From: Carcharhinus amblyrhynchos
Lineage: Eukaryota
Assembly: GCA_965287045.1 (NCBI GenBank)
Contig: OZ336882.1
Coordinates: 72,974,001-73,038,000 of the forward strand
Reading direction: 5' to 3'
DNA: 64,000 nucleotides
The notes beneath the pieces are model-generated. The model was not told the origin of the DNA, searched no databases, and saw only the letters and a list, made by a program, of their open reading frames with translations. A program made the position numbers and the translations under genes. Shown here one piece after another: positions 23,697 through 38,444 of the stretch; position 1 is the first letter of the stretch; each line of letters opens with the position of its first letter.

Positions 23697-26030
23697 CACA
23701 AGAACATAAGAACGAAGAGTTCGAGTAGACCATCCGGCCCCTCGTGCATATTCCCCCTTCAGCAAGATCATGGGTGGTTTTTTTCGAGGACTCGGCTCCA
23801 CGTACCAGCCCACTAACCATGGCCCTTCATTCCATTACTATTCAAAAAATTACCTATCCTTGCCGTAAAAAAAAGTGAATGAGGTAGCCTCAACTGCTTC
23901 ACTGGGCTGGAAGTTCCACAGATTCACAACACTTTGTGTGAAGAAGTTACTCCTCAACTCAGTCCGAAAGCTGTTCCCCCTTATTTTTTAGGCCACACCC
24001 CCAGTTCTAATTTCATCTGCGCCTGAAATAATTTCCCTGTTTCTACCATATCTAATCCCTTCATAATCCCATATCTTTCTACATGATCTCCCCTGATTAT
24101 AATGAGTCTCGTCCCAATCTACTTAATCGCTCCTCATAAGCCAAACTTCTCAACTTCGAAATCAACCAAGTGAATCTCCTCGGCATCCCCTCCAGTGGGA
24201 TTAAATTCTTTCTCAGGTAAGGAGATCAAAACTGTACACAGTACTTCGGGTGTAGTAGTCTCACCAGAACCTTATATAGTTGCAACATAACCTCGCTTTT
24301 TTTTAAACTGCATCCCTCCAGCAATGAAAGATAACATATCATTTGTCTACTTAATGACTTGCTGCACCTTCAAAACAACTCCTTGCGATTCATGCACAAG
24401 GGTACCCAGGTCGCTCTGCACAGCAACATGCTGCAATATTTTACCATTTAATAATCATCAGTTGTGCTGTGTTTTCTGTTCTTACCAAAATGGATGACGT
24501 CACATTGAGCAATATTCCTCTCCATCTACCAGATCCTTGCCTATTCATGAGACTATTATAGCCCTTTGCAGACTTTCAGAGTCCTCTGCACACTTTGCTC
24601 TGCCACTTATCTGAGTGTCATCTGCAATTTTCTTGACACACTACACCTGGTCCCCAACTCCAAATCATCTGTGTAAAGCGTCAACAATTGTAGTCCCATC
24701 ACTGACCCCTGAGGCACATCACTCACCACCGATTGACAATCTGAAAAACAGCCATTTGCCCCCAGTCTGTGCTTCCTGTTAGTTAACCAATCTTCTATCC
24801 GTGCTCATACATTACCCACAACACGGTGCACTTTTATCTCATGCAGCAGTCTTTGGTGCAGCAACTTGTCAAATGCCTTCTGGAAATCCAGAAACATCAC
24901 ATCCACAGGTTCCCCATTGTCCACCGCACGTATAACGGTCTCAAATAATTCCACCAAATTAGTCAAACATGACCCTCCCTTCATGAACCCGTGCTATGCC
25001 TTACTGATGGGACAATTTACACCCAGATGTTTCGCTATTTTTTCCCTGGTGATAGATTCAAACATTTTCCCTACTATTGAATTTAAGCTAACCGGTCTAT
25101 AATACTCGCCGTTTATCTACCGCCTTTGTTAAAACAATGGCGTCACATATGTTATGTTTTGACACAAAATACTGCTCAATTCCTCAGCCATTTTCTCACT
25201 TTCAGTTAGTGCATCTCCCTTCTCGTCCACGAATGGATCAATAATTATTTTAGCCACCCTTTTTCGTTTTATATATTAACAGAAATTTTGGCTCCCTGTT
25301 TTTATACTCTGAGCTCATTTACTCTCATATTCTATCTTACCTTTCGTTCTAACTTTTTAATGCCATTATGGATACTTAAATATTTCCCAATCCTCTAGTT
25401 TCCCACTAATCTTTGACACTCTGTATGTATTTTCTTTCAATTTAATACCATCCTTTCTTTGCTTCGATGTCCATGGCTAATTATCTCATTATCTCTTTTT
25501 CTGCAGTCCTTCCTTATCACTGGTAGATACCTTTGTTGTGTACTGTGAAAAATCGCTTTGAAAGTCCTCCACTGTTCCTCAGTTGTCACACCATAGCTTT
25601 TTGCTCCCAGTCTACCTTAGTCAATTCCTCCTTTATTCCATTGTATTCTATTCTGTCTTACGCACAGCCACGGGTATTGGATTTTACCTTCTCACACTCC
25701 ATCTGTATTTTAAATTCAAGAATACTGTGATTGCTTCTTCCCAGGGGATCCCTAACTGTAAGATCAATAATTATTCCTGTCTCATTATACAGGACCATAT
25801 CTACGATAGCTTGGTCTCTCATACCTTCCATTACAAACTGTTCAAGGAATCTATCACAGATACATTCTGTGAACTCCTTCTCAAGGCTGCCTTAACCGAC
25901 TTGGTGTGAACATTGACATATAGATTAAAATCCCGATGATAATTAGTGTACTTTTTTAAAACTATTTTTCAAGATTACATTTATCCCTATTGACTATTTC
26001 GTGATAACAGCGCCAACTAATTTAGGGCTA
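23697..26030 (-). mobile_element. Old decayed CR1 LINE, copy B
   Basis: Duplicate of 6830-9150. Confidence 0.85.
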
Positions 26031-26177
26031 TTGAGAAATGGTCGTGACCTCACAGTAGTTTCGTGACATTGTGAGGAGTGGAAATTTAAACTCAGCAAGA
26101 TAGTCATAAGAATGAGAATAGTGGTCCAAAAAACAGTGCGGATTTAAACATGAATAGCCGTCTTGTTTCGGACAACT

Positions 26178-27169
26178 ATTTACCATTTATATAGATGATC
26201 TGGAGGAGGGAACCGAGTGTAGGGTGTCGAAATTTGCTGATGACACCAAGATTGGGGGAAAGGCAAATTGTGCGGAGGGTGTGGAGAGTCTGCAGAAGGA
26301 TCTAGATAGGCTGGGCGAATGGGCCAGGAAATGGCAAATGGAATTTAATGTTGGCAAGTGTGAGGTGGTCCACTTTGGTAGGAAGAATGGTAGGAAGGAC
26401 TATTACTTACGTGGCGAAAAACTGCAGCAGGCGACGGTGCAGAGGGACCTCGGGGTCCTTGTGCATGAGTCGCAAAAACCCAGCCTGCAGGTGCAGCAGG
26501 TGGTCAGGAAGGCGAATGGGATGCTGGCCTTCATAGCGAGGGGGATTGAATATAAAAGTAGGGAGGTCTTGCTGCAGCTGTATAGGGCACTGGTGAGGCC
26601 GCAGCTGGAGTACTGTGTGCAGTTTTGGGCGCCGCACCTGCGCAAGGATATTTTGGCCTTGGAGGGAGTGCAGAGGAGGTTTACTAGGCTGATACCGGAG
26701 TTGAGGGGGTTGAGCTATGAGGAGAGGCTGAATAAACTAGGCTTGTACTCGTTAGAGTTTAGAAGAATGAGGGGAGATCTCATTGAGACGTATAAGATGA
26801 TGAATGGGATGGATAGGATAGAGGTGGAAAGACTCTTCCCGCTCAAAAAAGACAGTAGGACTAGGGGGCACAGCCTCAAGATAAAGGGGGGGCGGTTCAG
26901 AACGGAGTTGAGGAGGAACTTCTTCACTCAAAGGGTGGTGAATCTCTGGAATTCTCTGCCCGTTGAAGTGGTGGAGGCTGCCTCGCTAAATATTTTTAAG
27001 AAGCGGGTTGATGGGTTTTTGATAAGAGAGGGGATTAAGGGTTATGGGGAGAGGGCGGGAAAGTGGAACTGAGCCACGACAGATCAGCCATGATCTTATT
27101 GAATGGCGGGGCAGGCTCGAAGGGCCAGATGGCCTACTCCTGCTCCTATTTCTTATGTTCTTATGTTCT
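26178..27169 (+). mobile_element. Young 5'-truncated CR1-clade LINE (HER1-like) with intact RT C-terminal frame
   Basis: 282 aa open frame with SKFADDTK, WQMEFNVGKC, YCVQFW and FFTQRVVNLWNSLP; 3' tail (CTTATGTT)n; AACT duplicated at 26174-26177 and 27170-27173; absent at the homologous sites in A (~9300) and C (~60243). Confidence 0.95.
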
Positions 27170-27779
27170 AACTCCTGATAATGCAACCTGCATTCACTCG
27201 AAATATTGTCCTCTGGAATGCAGGCACTGTCTCATTCTTCATCTCCACAAGGCCTGTTGTGTTTTGCTGTTGTCTGAAAAGTTCACACAATGTCACTAAA
27301 ATGAAATTGCGTCCACTTTATAAATTCAATGTTCATGTTTTAAATGAGAAATATTTTTTATTCATACGATGCTGTTTGTTAAACAACAGCCCTTGTCAGC
27401 CCTCTCCATAACCTAAGATCGTTTACTCTCAAGTCAGTTTAGTTAGTGTTAGTAAACCGTTGGCGCTGTGTTTTACAAGCCTATTCCGCTCTTTCTGCCC
27501 CCACCTGCCCCATCATTTGCCGCTCTCGGTGGTTGGGCAAAGACCTCCTGAAGCAACTAAATTGATATTTCTCAGTACCTAAACTTAGTTCTTACTACTT
27601 CTTTCGAATTTCCTATTTCTCCCTTCCTTACCCTATCTGCTGTCACTGATGCTGTAACGTCGGTGGATTTAGAAAGTCGTACAAGTCAATTTGTGATGAG
27701 ATGTACAATTCCTCCTAACATTAGGATCACGATTAAATAATAAAATTCTTTGAAGGAAAGGTGAATTCAGAGAGACTAT

Positions 27780-29270
27780 CCAGCCTGGAAGACAAATACC
27801 TAAGGTAAATAGTGCAAGGTCTTTGTGTTTCCCACCTCCATCTTCATGGATACAACTAGATTACTTACGTTATCTGAAGTTTCTTGTGTATAAGTGCAAA
27901 TACTCTTCCCATTACTGCACAAATCCCTCCTCTTGCTGCCTAGGTACAATCGAATGCCATACAACGTTGAAGTCCCTCTGTACGCATGACAACCATCTCA
28001 TGAATGATCATCTTGAGGGCAGTTCCTGTATTGACAATTTGTTCCCAATGTAGCTCAGCCTTGTAATTTCATGCATTGTTCGAAACACTCCATATTGGAG
28101 AAACGTTATGCCAAAACCTGGGCTCCTTCTATCATAGCTCGCCAGCTTCTTGGCATGTGAGTGAGTTTATATATTTACAAAGCTTTCTTCGTTTCACAAA
28201 TATCCCTGAGAAGTTGGTTCCCAGATCAGAATCCAACTGTAGAGGCATGCCTGAACGAAGTATTATTTCATTTATTAACCAAAACCATTGTTTTTGGCTG
28301 TTGCATCTTTGCACGGGAATGCTTCAACCTAACATTGAGGCTGCTAAATGATCACCACATAAGAGGTCTTTCCTTGCACTTTGTGTAAGGGCCCTTTGAA
28401 ATTCATCTGCTTATTTCTCCATGGCCCTTTAGGTCATGTCGGATTACCCATCTTGACTCTGAAGCGATGACGTGATTCTACTCGGATTTACTACAGATAG
28501 CTCTGACCATCTCGCTATATCTCCTCGTTGCTATATATGTGGTCCTTCTCTGTTTGCACTAATCTGTGATATGTCTCCAATAAGTTTTGTTGCATTACTT
28601 CAGGGGTTGTTATTTCGTGTTCCCTTCTCCATATGCCATTTTGATCTCTCTGCCTTCCCCGTTTTCCCATTCCTGTTTCTCTTCCTTTGTGGCCTGTTCC
28701 TGTATCTCTTTCACATCAGTATCTGTGATTTCCTGGCTTGTGCTGGTTTCCTGGACAGGTTTATTGGTTTCTCTTTAAGTACCCTCTGTCATTTGCAACA
28801 CGTATTGGATTAGGCACAAAACATAACACATTGGAGTATTAATGTGTGAGCAGAAATTTCAGATAATGAAATCCACATTCCAACTTGATTTTCAGCATTT
28901 TGGTACAAGTGCCACACACCTAACGAATGTGGCATATCTTCGTATCAATGATATTCAAAATCAAATGAGATTGAAATAAGGCAGGGTGAGAAGGTGGCAT
29001 TCCACCCAATCCATTGTTTGCTTCCCTTCCGAAACCTATTGAAACTTGACCTGGGTCTGTTCTTAAAAATTGAAAAGGATCAGTAGATTGTGTGAGTGTC
29101 CTGAACTGTTTCTGCAGACCATTTTATGACACTTCACTCTTTCGCATTCAAGTTTCATCATCATTTTCTGAGTAAATGGACAGTGCAATCTGTACATCAC
29201 AAGTGGTAGACTTCGGTTACTGGTGGCATTGGTGACTCCCAGCTACTGAGTGCAGTGCTGGGATTAAACT
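27780..29270 (-). mobile_element. Decayed ERV pol fragment, copy B
   Basis: ORF 28132-28314 LINEIILRSGMPLQLDSDLGTNF; duplicate of 9900-11400. Confidence 0.75.
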
Positions 29271-30999
29271 ATGGAAACTCCCCTGATCTGCCTCCAATGC
29301 CAGTATGGTTTCCCCTCAATAAAACAAATCAATGACATTCATAATATTCAAGGGGTGGTGAAAATTATCTTTTGCACCGTTTTATTATACCTTCCCTCTT
29401 TTTTTCTTCATTCTGTTGGAAATAAAGGCAGACATTCCATTTATCTTCCCATTTATCGGCTGAATCAGAATGCTTGTATTTGTGATGTATACACAAGGAC
29501 GCCTAAATCCTTCTGTGTTGTTATTTTCCGCAGAATGTCTTCAATTAAATAATAATCAGCTTATTTATTGTTTCAGACTGAAACACAAAAGCTCACAACT
29601 TTTTTGCATTATATTCCAGCTGCCAAGTTTATCCCACCTGATGTAACGAGTCCATATCTCTCCGTTGACTCCTTGTGCCATCACAATAACTTGCTTTCGC
29701 ATTTTTTGTGTCATCTGCAAACTTGTCAAAAAAATCCATTCACTTCCATCTTCCATTTTAGTTTGTCACTTCATTGAGTTGCATGAAAAATAGACTCGTT
29801 GAAAGTAACATATCTGATTCTCTATCATTCGTCCACCACATATTATCATTACACACAACACTAAATGCTGCGATGCTTGGCATGGATCACACTGCTATTC
29901 ACCAAACACAACGTGTTCGTTTCCCAATGGATCACAGAACTTGTCTTCTCATTTTTTTCTGCTTAATGAATAAGGTTTTACATTTGGATTGCCACTCAAT
30001 GAGGTTCTGAATTTCTGTTATGGAGCTTAACCAGTTATTCTATAAAATTAATATTATGCTTATATTGGTGTATTGACAGTTTACATTATGCCCCAGTTTA
30101 AGGATGGTGGAGTTAAAACTCATGACTTCCTTACCTCTCCCCCAACCTAACACGCCTGGGCTTCAGCTCTCATTCTCGCTGTCTTCATCGATCTCTTTCT
30201 AACTCGGTTTCTTTTTCTCCCTCGCTTTTACTGCATCTGTTTATGCATACAATGCCAGAAGATAAGATATTCTCCCTCATTTCACTGAATTTCCCACTGA
30301 CACATTTTCAATTCTTTTTGTACTTGTTCTCCCTTCATGCAGTCCTCAGCTTAACCGATGTGAAAAAATCTATATGTTGTCTCACTTACTTCACTCATAA
30401 CTTCCTGTTTCCACTATGCAAATGCATATTGTCAGTTGTCAGCACAAGCTCTGTACTTGCACTGTTTCATTATGCGAGGAGTTGGGAGAGGAGCTGGGAA
30501 TTGTGCAATCATTTGCAAACAACTTCTGATGACACTTATGGACAGAAGTCACTGATGAAGCAATTGAAGATAGTTGGCCCGTGAACACTACCTTGAAGAA
30601 CTTCCACAGTGAGGTCCTGGAAATGTAACCACCTAAACCACTTTCATTTGTGTCAGGTATGATTCCTACTAGCAGAAAACATGACCTTGATTCCCATTGA
30701 CACCAGTTTTGTTTGTGTTTCTTCAGCTGATACATGGTCAAGCACCCCTTTTCTGACAAGAGAAGTCGCCCTCAACTGGCTTCTTTGTAACGTCACGTTA
30801 TTGTCTCTCATACAGGGTGTATCAGACACTATCAGAAATTCATGGCGTCTGATTGACAGCCCTGGTCAAGAAAGAAGAGATGAAGAAAGAGACCGGGAAA
30901 TATAAAAATAAAATATGAATATAAAATAGAATATATTGCCTGAATCGTTGCATATGTAATGAGGAACAAGAAAAGTTTTGTACAACATTGCCTTTCAAT

Positions 31000-33600
31000 G
31001 AACCCAGGAAGACAGAAACAAGAAGATGTTGAAATTGCTGCTCTTAGGGAAACAGGAAATCTATGATGTGGTTATGGAGGATGGGCCCCAGTATGTTGAA
31101 GGAGTAAGATATTGCTTCTGAGCAAACGGGATAGAATAGGATAACTGGCTAAATGCCATCTTCCTAACCACTGTTGAGGCCCCGACTTACGACATCATAA
31201 GAAGTTTAGCCTAGCCCTGGATTCAAAAGCTTTCATTGAATTGATTGATATGGTATCAGACCACAATGTTCCTAAGCTGTCTGTTATGTTACAATACTAC
31301 AGGTTTATCATGGCAAATTGACTCCTTGGGGAAACAGTCACTATATTATTGATGAGACTGCAAAAAATTGGCAGTATTTTCCTATCCTGCCCACCACGGG
31401 AATCATTGCGGGGCTGGTGCAGATCCTGCCCAGATCTATTAACCTCAGACGGGGTTTTCCAGATTTGGAGCAGAAAACCCCACACTTTGAGTCCCTGTCA
31501 ACACGTCCAGAAATGCTAAGGGATCAATTAGTATCAGGAATTAATAATATTGCAATCCAAAGAAAGCTACTGACTGAACAAATTCTGGACATCAAGAAAG
31601 CCATATAATTGGCCCTTTTGCATGAGAGAAATGTGGAGAAAAGGGCCCAGGAGAGTCTGGGGTTCATGGATGGGTGACCACTATACCACAAAAACAATTG
31701 CCCAGTGGATAATACTTGCATTGTCCATTTGCTGCCAAGAAAGGGTGATTTGGAGTTGAAGGGTGCAGAAGTGGATGGGAAGCCTCTCATCAATACAGTG
31801 AGGAGCTGCACTTGTAGTCATAGGGTCCACCTCAGAGAAGGCTACTGATAAAGGCCAGACTAAAGGGTGAAGCCACCTCATGACAAGGCTTTGCAAACAA
31901 ACCAGCCCAAGAATGAGGAATTGATTATTAAAATTGCTTCACCACCGCGAAAGTGGCTCTTATCAAAATTAAACTCCAGGCAAATGGCCATGCCGGAAAT
32001 ATGGTCATGAACATGAAACATTGTCATGAACATGGGAGCTGCTGTATGTATTATTAAGGAGCAATCCTTGAAACAGCTCTGATTGGACATCTTGCCTTTA
32101 AGCCTTTGGGACACAGTGGTTGGATTTGCTATGTACACTGGGAAACCCTTATGTATTGTGACTACTGCAACCACAGTAATGCCTGAGCAACAGACAGTCC
32201 ATCTCCCCCTTATAGTGGTGCAAGGACCAGGACCCAGCATTTTGGGAAGGAACTGGCTACAGAAAATGTGCCTAGATGGGCAACAGATCTTTAAAATTTA
32301 TGCAAACTAATTGGGAAGTATCCTGAAGTTTTTCAGCATTGTCTCAGAAAGAATAAAGGCACTAAGGCTAAGATATACGTGGACTCAGAGTCCTGACCCA
32401 AATCTTCAAGGCACTACCTGTCTTCTATGCCTCACTTGCAAAAATAGAGGCCAAATTAGAATGTTTAGAGGAACTTTGCATATACACCCAGTTCAATTTA
32501 CTGAATGTGCTTGCCAGCATTCCCAGTTTAAAACTTAAAAATTCTGCCCATCTGTGGGGATTATAAATTGAGGGTCAATAAAGCCTCCTGCTTAGACAGA
32601 GACCCTATGCCACACATAGAATACTTCTATGTGAATCTGGCTGGGTGTCACATATTTTCCAGATTGAACATGAGCCATACCTACCTCAGTTGAAGCTAAA
32701 AGTACCATCCAGGAAGTATCATCCAGAAAATACCATCCATAAATATTCGCAAAGGACCGTATGAATGCCCTCTAAATGTCTTCAGCTTGCACCAGTTTTC
32801 AAAGGATGATGGAGGACATCCTTCAAGGGGTGTCCAGAGTGACAGTTTATCTGAATGATGTTTTAATCTGTGGAACTATTGCAAAGGAACATTTGGAAAG
32901 TTTGGAGGAAGTCTTATGACTTTCTTCTGATACTGGCATTTGATTAAAAAGGGGAAGAAATGTGTCCCAGGTCAACAAGATAATGTTCCTCAGGTACAGA
33001 GATGACAAATGTGGATTGCAACCTGTTGAAGAGAAGTTGCAGGCCATAAATGGGGCATAAACTCCGTGGAACACAATAGAGTTGCAGTCTTTCCTAAGTC
33101 TCATAAATTGGTATGGAAGATTCATACCGAATTTGACGACCCTGCTGGCATCCCTCCACAAATTGTTAAGAAAAACAGAAATGGTCAGGAGGGAAAACCT
33201 TTGCAAACATCAACCCACAATTGTTGTCAACAAATATCCTAGCCCATTATGACCAAGGAGACCACTCATTGTAACTTGCAATGCCTCCCACTATGGGATA
33301 GGAACTGTATTATGGGATGTGTTGGGATGATTGGACAGTGCTTCTAATCATGTGCACATCATGAACCCTGATGGATGTCGAGAGGAATTATGCCCACATC
33401 GAAAAACAAAGTTTGACCAAGATGTTCATAAGAAAAATTTGTCCACCAGTATGTCTACGGTTGACGTTTTGCCATAATAATGAGTCACAAACCTCTGTTG
33501 GGCCTCTTGAAGGGAGAAAAGGCAATTCCTCCCATCACATCAGCCCAGATTCAATGCTGGGCTCTTTTATTAGGTGCCTATGCTTATACCTTTGACAGGA
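31000..33600 (+). mobile_element. Decayed Ty3/Gypsy LTR-retrotransposon internal region (gag-protease-RT-RNase H)
   Basis: gag EMLRDQLVSGINNIAIQRKLL; protease LPLIVVQGPGPSILGRNWL; RT YLNDVLI; RNase H CNASHYGIG and ERNYAHIEK; many stops and frameshifts; no clear LTRs. Confidence 0.85.
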
Positions 33601-34487
33601 GAAATCATTGCATGCCCGTGATGAAAGTTTTTTAGTTTTTAAAAATAAAACATTCATTGCTCACATCTTATTTGGTTAAACAGTAAATACCAGTTAACTG
33701 GGCTGCAGCATTTCAAGAAGGCACTACTTTCTCAAGGGCAACAAGGAATGATGAGTTCTCAGGGTGAAAGTGATCAATGCCCCATGATCGTATTTTATTT
33801 TAAATTCATTGTGATCCCATACCAAGTGCAGCCTGCAGGTGATTTCAAACTCAGCCTTTCAGTATTTATCTGCCAACAAGGCACTTCCTGAACTTTTCAG
33901 ATCAGTTACACAACCAAAAGTGATAATATTTTATGAGTAAGTCTGATATATTACCAGAGTACACTGAAGCCACAAGTAGTCACTTGTTTATTCAGTCTGC
34001 ACTGAAAGTAACGACATCAACACAAAGCTCCCTGTGGATTATATATAATTAGCTGGTTCTTTCCTCTGTGACACAAAAACTGATCTTGAAACATACAATA
34101 TAAAGCGCTGAGGAAAATCAAAATGCTGCTGAGTTTCTATTCTCCCTTACACTGAGATGCACTTTAGCATCACAAGTCAAAGTAAACTTAGCATAATCTT
34201 TAATCACTTTACAATGAATTGAAAACGAGGATGACCGCATGGAAGATTTCAAATTAGACCACTGTCCACTTTTGCTGACAAACCATAGATCTTGCTCACC
34301 CATCATATTGTTTTACAGCAACATTGCTGTTGACTCAGAGTTTGGCTGTGCATTTTTTAAAAAAAATCAGTGCAGAACTTGGTAGTGTTTGCACACATTT
34401 TAGACCACAGTCAAATGTGAGTTTTTATGTATTCTCAGTCACGCATAAACTCTAATATCTCCCATACACAAAAGTTCAAACTCTCCA

Positions 34488-34510
34488 TCACACACACACA
34501 CATACACACA
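34488..34510 (+). repeat. (CA)n microsatellite
   Basis: cacacacacacacatacacaca. Confidence 0.7.
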
Positions 34511-35649
34511 AAATCCTCTCAAACTCTCTCCCTTACACACGTACATACTCTTTACATTTGTATTGTCAGAGAACTTTAGGTACACTTAGTCAACTCTTAA
34601 TACAAACAACACTGGACATCATGCATCCAATGCAAGGTCTTTAATTACTTGTGCTCAAGGAGAATGGCCATCCCTCCATCAAAATGGCTGGAATGGTTCT
34701 GATGTTACAGAGAAACAACTCAGCATTTATAGTCAATTACAACAAATCAGGAACAAGAGATTTTTCACATCTTTCAGTGACATACATATTTGGCAATTAA
34801 ATCCTGGCCCTTTCTCATTCGATGAAAAATTGACTGCTGCTAATCCTTCATTTTTCATAGCATAACCCAATATCTTGCCTTTGCTATTTGTTATGGAAAA
34901 ATCTGGTCTTGTTCGCCCTCCAGTGAAGATCAAAAAGCAGAATGTTTTGAGTGCTAGGCAACAGAAAATTAGCCTAAAGCAGACAGGCTCCCTTGAAGGT
35001 CTGCAACTAATAACATTCTCCCAGCTGTTATGGAGAAGGCATGTTTTTTTTTAAATCTGAGCATTATAACTTCTACAGTATCAGTATCAGTATCACCCAG
35101 TGGTCTGTAAAAATATCTGATCACTTCTCATTAAAATCACTTAAGCAATATCTGTGAAGCCTGGTCTAACTGAGCTTCTCTCTGTGCAGGAACATTTACA
35201 GTGACCAAATTCATCAATGCTGCATCTCTCGACATGGGAGTGCAAAATTTGACTGAAAACAGAGCACCTTTCAGCAGTTCCCAAACTGGATGTTACATCA
35301 GTAACTAAAGGTGAAATGTCATTTCCAATCAAAAGATTTACTATTTGGTCTGTTTTTACCCCTCTCAAATTTAATTTAGAGTGAGGAGGCATTGACTCCG
35401 ACCGTATATTTATAATTACCAACTTCAAAGCATTCATGGGACAGTGTATCTTAGTGGCTGCTCACATTCTCCTGATGGTGGGTGGTGCGCTATTTTCTCA
35501 ACGTGGCCTTGAATGGTGTTTCTCTTTTTAACCTGGAAATAATGAGCACAGATTTCAAAGGCAAGAAATAAAAACAATGGGTCTTGTTATTTGGCAGTGC
35601 CCTCCATTCAGTTTGAAGTTTCCTTCCTTAGAAACAAAGTTTTGAAAAA

Positions 35650-35935
35650 GTGTCACAAGTAAGCTTACATTAACAGTGCAATGAAGTTCCAGTGAAATTC
35701 CCCGAGTCACCACACTCCAGCAGCTGTTCGGGTACACTGAGGGAGAATTTAGCACGGCCAATGCATCTAACCAGCACGCCTTTTGGACTGTGGGAGGAAA
35801 CTGGAGATCTCAGAGGAAACCCACGCAGATAAGGGAAGAACATGTAGAGTCTACAAAGACACTAACCGAAGCCTGGAATTGATCGCAGGTCCCTGGTGAG
35901 GTAGCAACACTAACCACTGAGCCAACCATGCCGTG
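35650..35935 (-). mobile_element. HE1/V-SINE-type tRNA-derived SINE
   Basis: Minus-strand head ggcatggttggctcagtggttagtgttgct, core ctgcgtgggtttcctc, tail ttcattgcactgttaatgtaagc. Confidence 0.85.
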
Positions 35936-36434
35936 GGGAGATCAGGCACATTCTGAATTTAAATTTAAAAAAGACATTTTATTCTTAAGTTATCGAAGAG
36001 TCAATAGTAGTGATGCAAGAGAGCAAGTTGTAATTTTGAGTGGGTGTTATCAATATCTCGGTACACAATATTCATTACTGCTGACAATTTGTCAAATATT
36101 GGGGCAAATCGAAGGGATTCCTTAACTTGAGCATACATTTTCTTTGTCAGCCTTAATTAAGGAGACAATAGGAGCTGAAATTCAACAATATTAATGTTAA
36201 ATGGGGCAGCTCTGATTGTCAATCATTCTAAATGGGGAATACAACAGTAGCCAAAACGCCTTTGGTTGTAATAATCTCAATGTTGGTGCACCTGTACAGT
36301 GGTGCACTTTCCTTTTCTGGTGAGTGCCTTGATTCAATCAATCTGATTTGGATTTAGTTCGGTGTCCAGTTGCCGCTGTATTGACTACCAGAGTGCAAGG
36401 GCCTTGCTGGAGACTGAAGAACACCTGATTATTA

Positions 36435-36690
36435 GGACGGCACAGTGACACAGTGGTTAGCACAGCTGCCTCACAGCATCCTGGTCCCGGGTTCAATTCC
36501 GGCCTTGGTTGACATTCTGTGAGGAGTTTGAACATTCTTCCATACCTCTGTGCTAAATTGTCCCTTTGTGTCAGGAGGATTTTCAGGGTAAATGCATGGG
36601 ATTACTGAGATGAGTCCTAGGTGGAATTGTTGTCAGTGCAGGCTCGATGGGCTGAATAGCCTCCTTCTGCACTGTATGGATTCTATGATA
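36435..36690 (+). mobile_element. HE1/V-SINE-type SINE with an internal deletion
   Basis: GGCACAGTGACACAGTGGTTAGCAC (A box), GGTTCAATTCC (B box), CR1-derived tail gcctccttctgcactgtatggattctatg. Confidence 0.85.
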
Positions 36691-37409
36691 TTCGTACTTG
36701 ATCTGGATTGGCCACGCAAGTTAATTGCTTAAATGAATACTAATGTTGCCCAGTGTGATAGTGTATGATTATTCCAAAGTATACAACACCCAGGGGTTGC
36801 TCATATTCAGAACTAGGTTAAATAACCTTCTTGATTTTTAAAGAGGCAGTGTACCTTTGGGATAGCACAGAACAATTGATTTTATTTCTGGATGATCACT
36901 GCACAAAATACTGCAAGTTAAGGGAATGTCTGTTCCTGACAATGGACATATTTATTTATGTGATTTGTCACACTGACAGAATTACAACCAATATGTAATT
37001 TCAGTTATAAAAAAATACAGCAAAGACCAGACCTGAGGAATGGCGCCTGAATTGTGTTGGGAAACATGTAACACATCACAGGCATGGGCAAACTTATCGC
37101 CAACAGCAACACAACCTGAAATAAGACAACTCTTTCTCTGCAAAAGTGTAATTTAGATGATAAGTACTCAGCTTGAAAGAACCATCCACAGCCTTCAAAA
37201 TAACTTTGTGAATAAACACATACACCAACGTGATGAGTTGACACGAAACCATTTCTTGTGGGGTTTTTAACTATTTTCCCAACAAGGTAAGCCGAATGAC
37301 ATTTAGCCTCATACAAGTAAGAGATACAAAATGGGTTCAATATCTTTATCACTATTCCGTGCTTTTCAAATAAATCCCTGCAGTCTTCTACCTATACTTT
37401 TCTGTGAAT

Positions 37410-38440
37410 GACAGGAACAAACAGTGCAGAAGATACCCTTCGGCCCATCTAATCTGCACTGTACATGAGAAACAGCCGACCTCCCACCTAATCCCATGTA
37501 TCAGCACTTGGCCCATTGTCTGGAACGTTATGATGTTTCAAGCACTCATCCAGGTATTTTTTAAAGGGTGTGAGGCAACTTGCCTCTGCCATCCACCCAG
37601 GCAATGCAATCCAGATTGTCACCACTCTGGCAAAAATGTTTGGCCTCACAATCTCCTAAACTTCATGTCTTTCGCCTTGAACTTGTGTCCCCTCGTGACT
37701 GACCCTTCAATTAAAGAGGAGGACTGTTCCTTTCCACACTGTTCATTCGGCTCATAATCGTATAAACCTCCACCAGGTCGCCCCTCAGTCTTCTCCGATG
37801 CGAAGAAAACAACCCAAGCGTATTCAGCCCTTCTTTCTTAGCTTAAATGTTATCTCTGAGGCAGCATCCTAGTAAATTGCCTCTGCATCGCTCTCGTACA
37901 ATCACATCCTTCCCATAATGTGGTAACCAGAACTGCACACATTACTCAAGCTATGGCCTCCCCAAAGCTCTATGCAAAGGCAATATGACGTACCTGCTTT
38001 CTGTGCCTCATTTGATTAAGATAGTTGTCCCATTTCCCTTGATCGCTCCCCCACTAATAGGCCCTTCTGCCTTCAGAGATCTATAGACAAATACTTCAAG
38101 GTCCCTTTGTACTTCAGGATTTCCCAGTATGCCGCTGTCGTTTGAATATTTCCTTGTCAAATAAGTTCCTTCTGAAGTGCATCACCTCACGCTTTTCAGG
38201 AATAAATTTCACATGTCACTTATCTGCCCATTTGACCATCCTACTTATATCTTCCTGCCACCCAGTACACCCAGCCTCCCTGTTAACCACCCAGCCAATC
38301 TTTGTGTCATCTACAAACCTACACCACACGTAGTCATCTGTGTTGTTTATATTGTTTGAATGACGAATTAAAAGGGACCCAGCGCAGGCCCGTTCGGTAC
38401 GTCACTGGACACTGGTTTAACTAATAAATCAGACCTCTGT
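37410..38440 (-). mobile_element. Decayed CR1-group LINE fragment
   Basis: accagaactgcacacattactc (EYCVQFW on the minus strand), tttgtgtcatctacaaac (FVDDT), 3' UTR-like start at 37410. Confidence 0.7.
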
Positions 38441-38444
38441 CATT

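Larger units (their letters stand above)
13071..30930 (+). repeat. Segmental duplication unit, copy B
   Basis: Starts at gacgtcccttTAATGTCCCACATCATAAA; homology to A and C ends after ...gaagaaagagac...agaatat at ~30930. Confidence 0.93.

Noticed and set aside
26224-27072. 282 aa ORF as a host gene
   Set aside because: It is the C-terminal part of CR1 ORF2 in a 5'-truncated insertion; the listed start is a GTG, not a true initiator.
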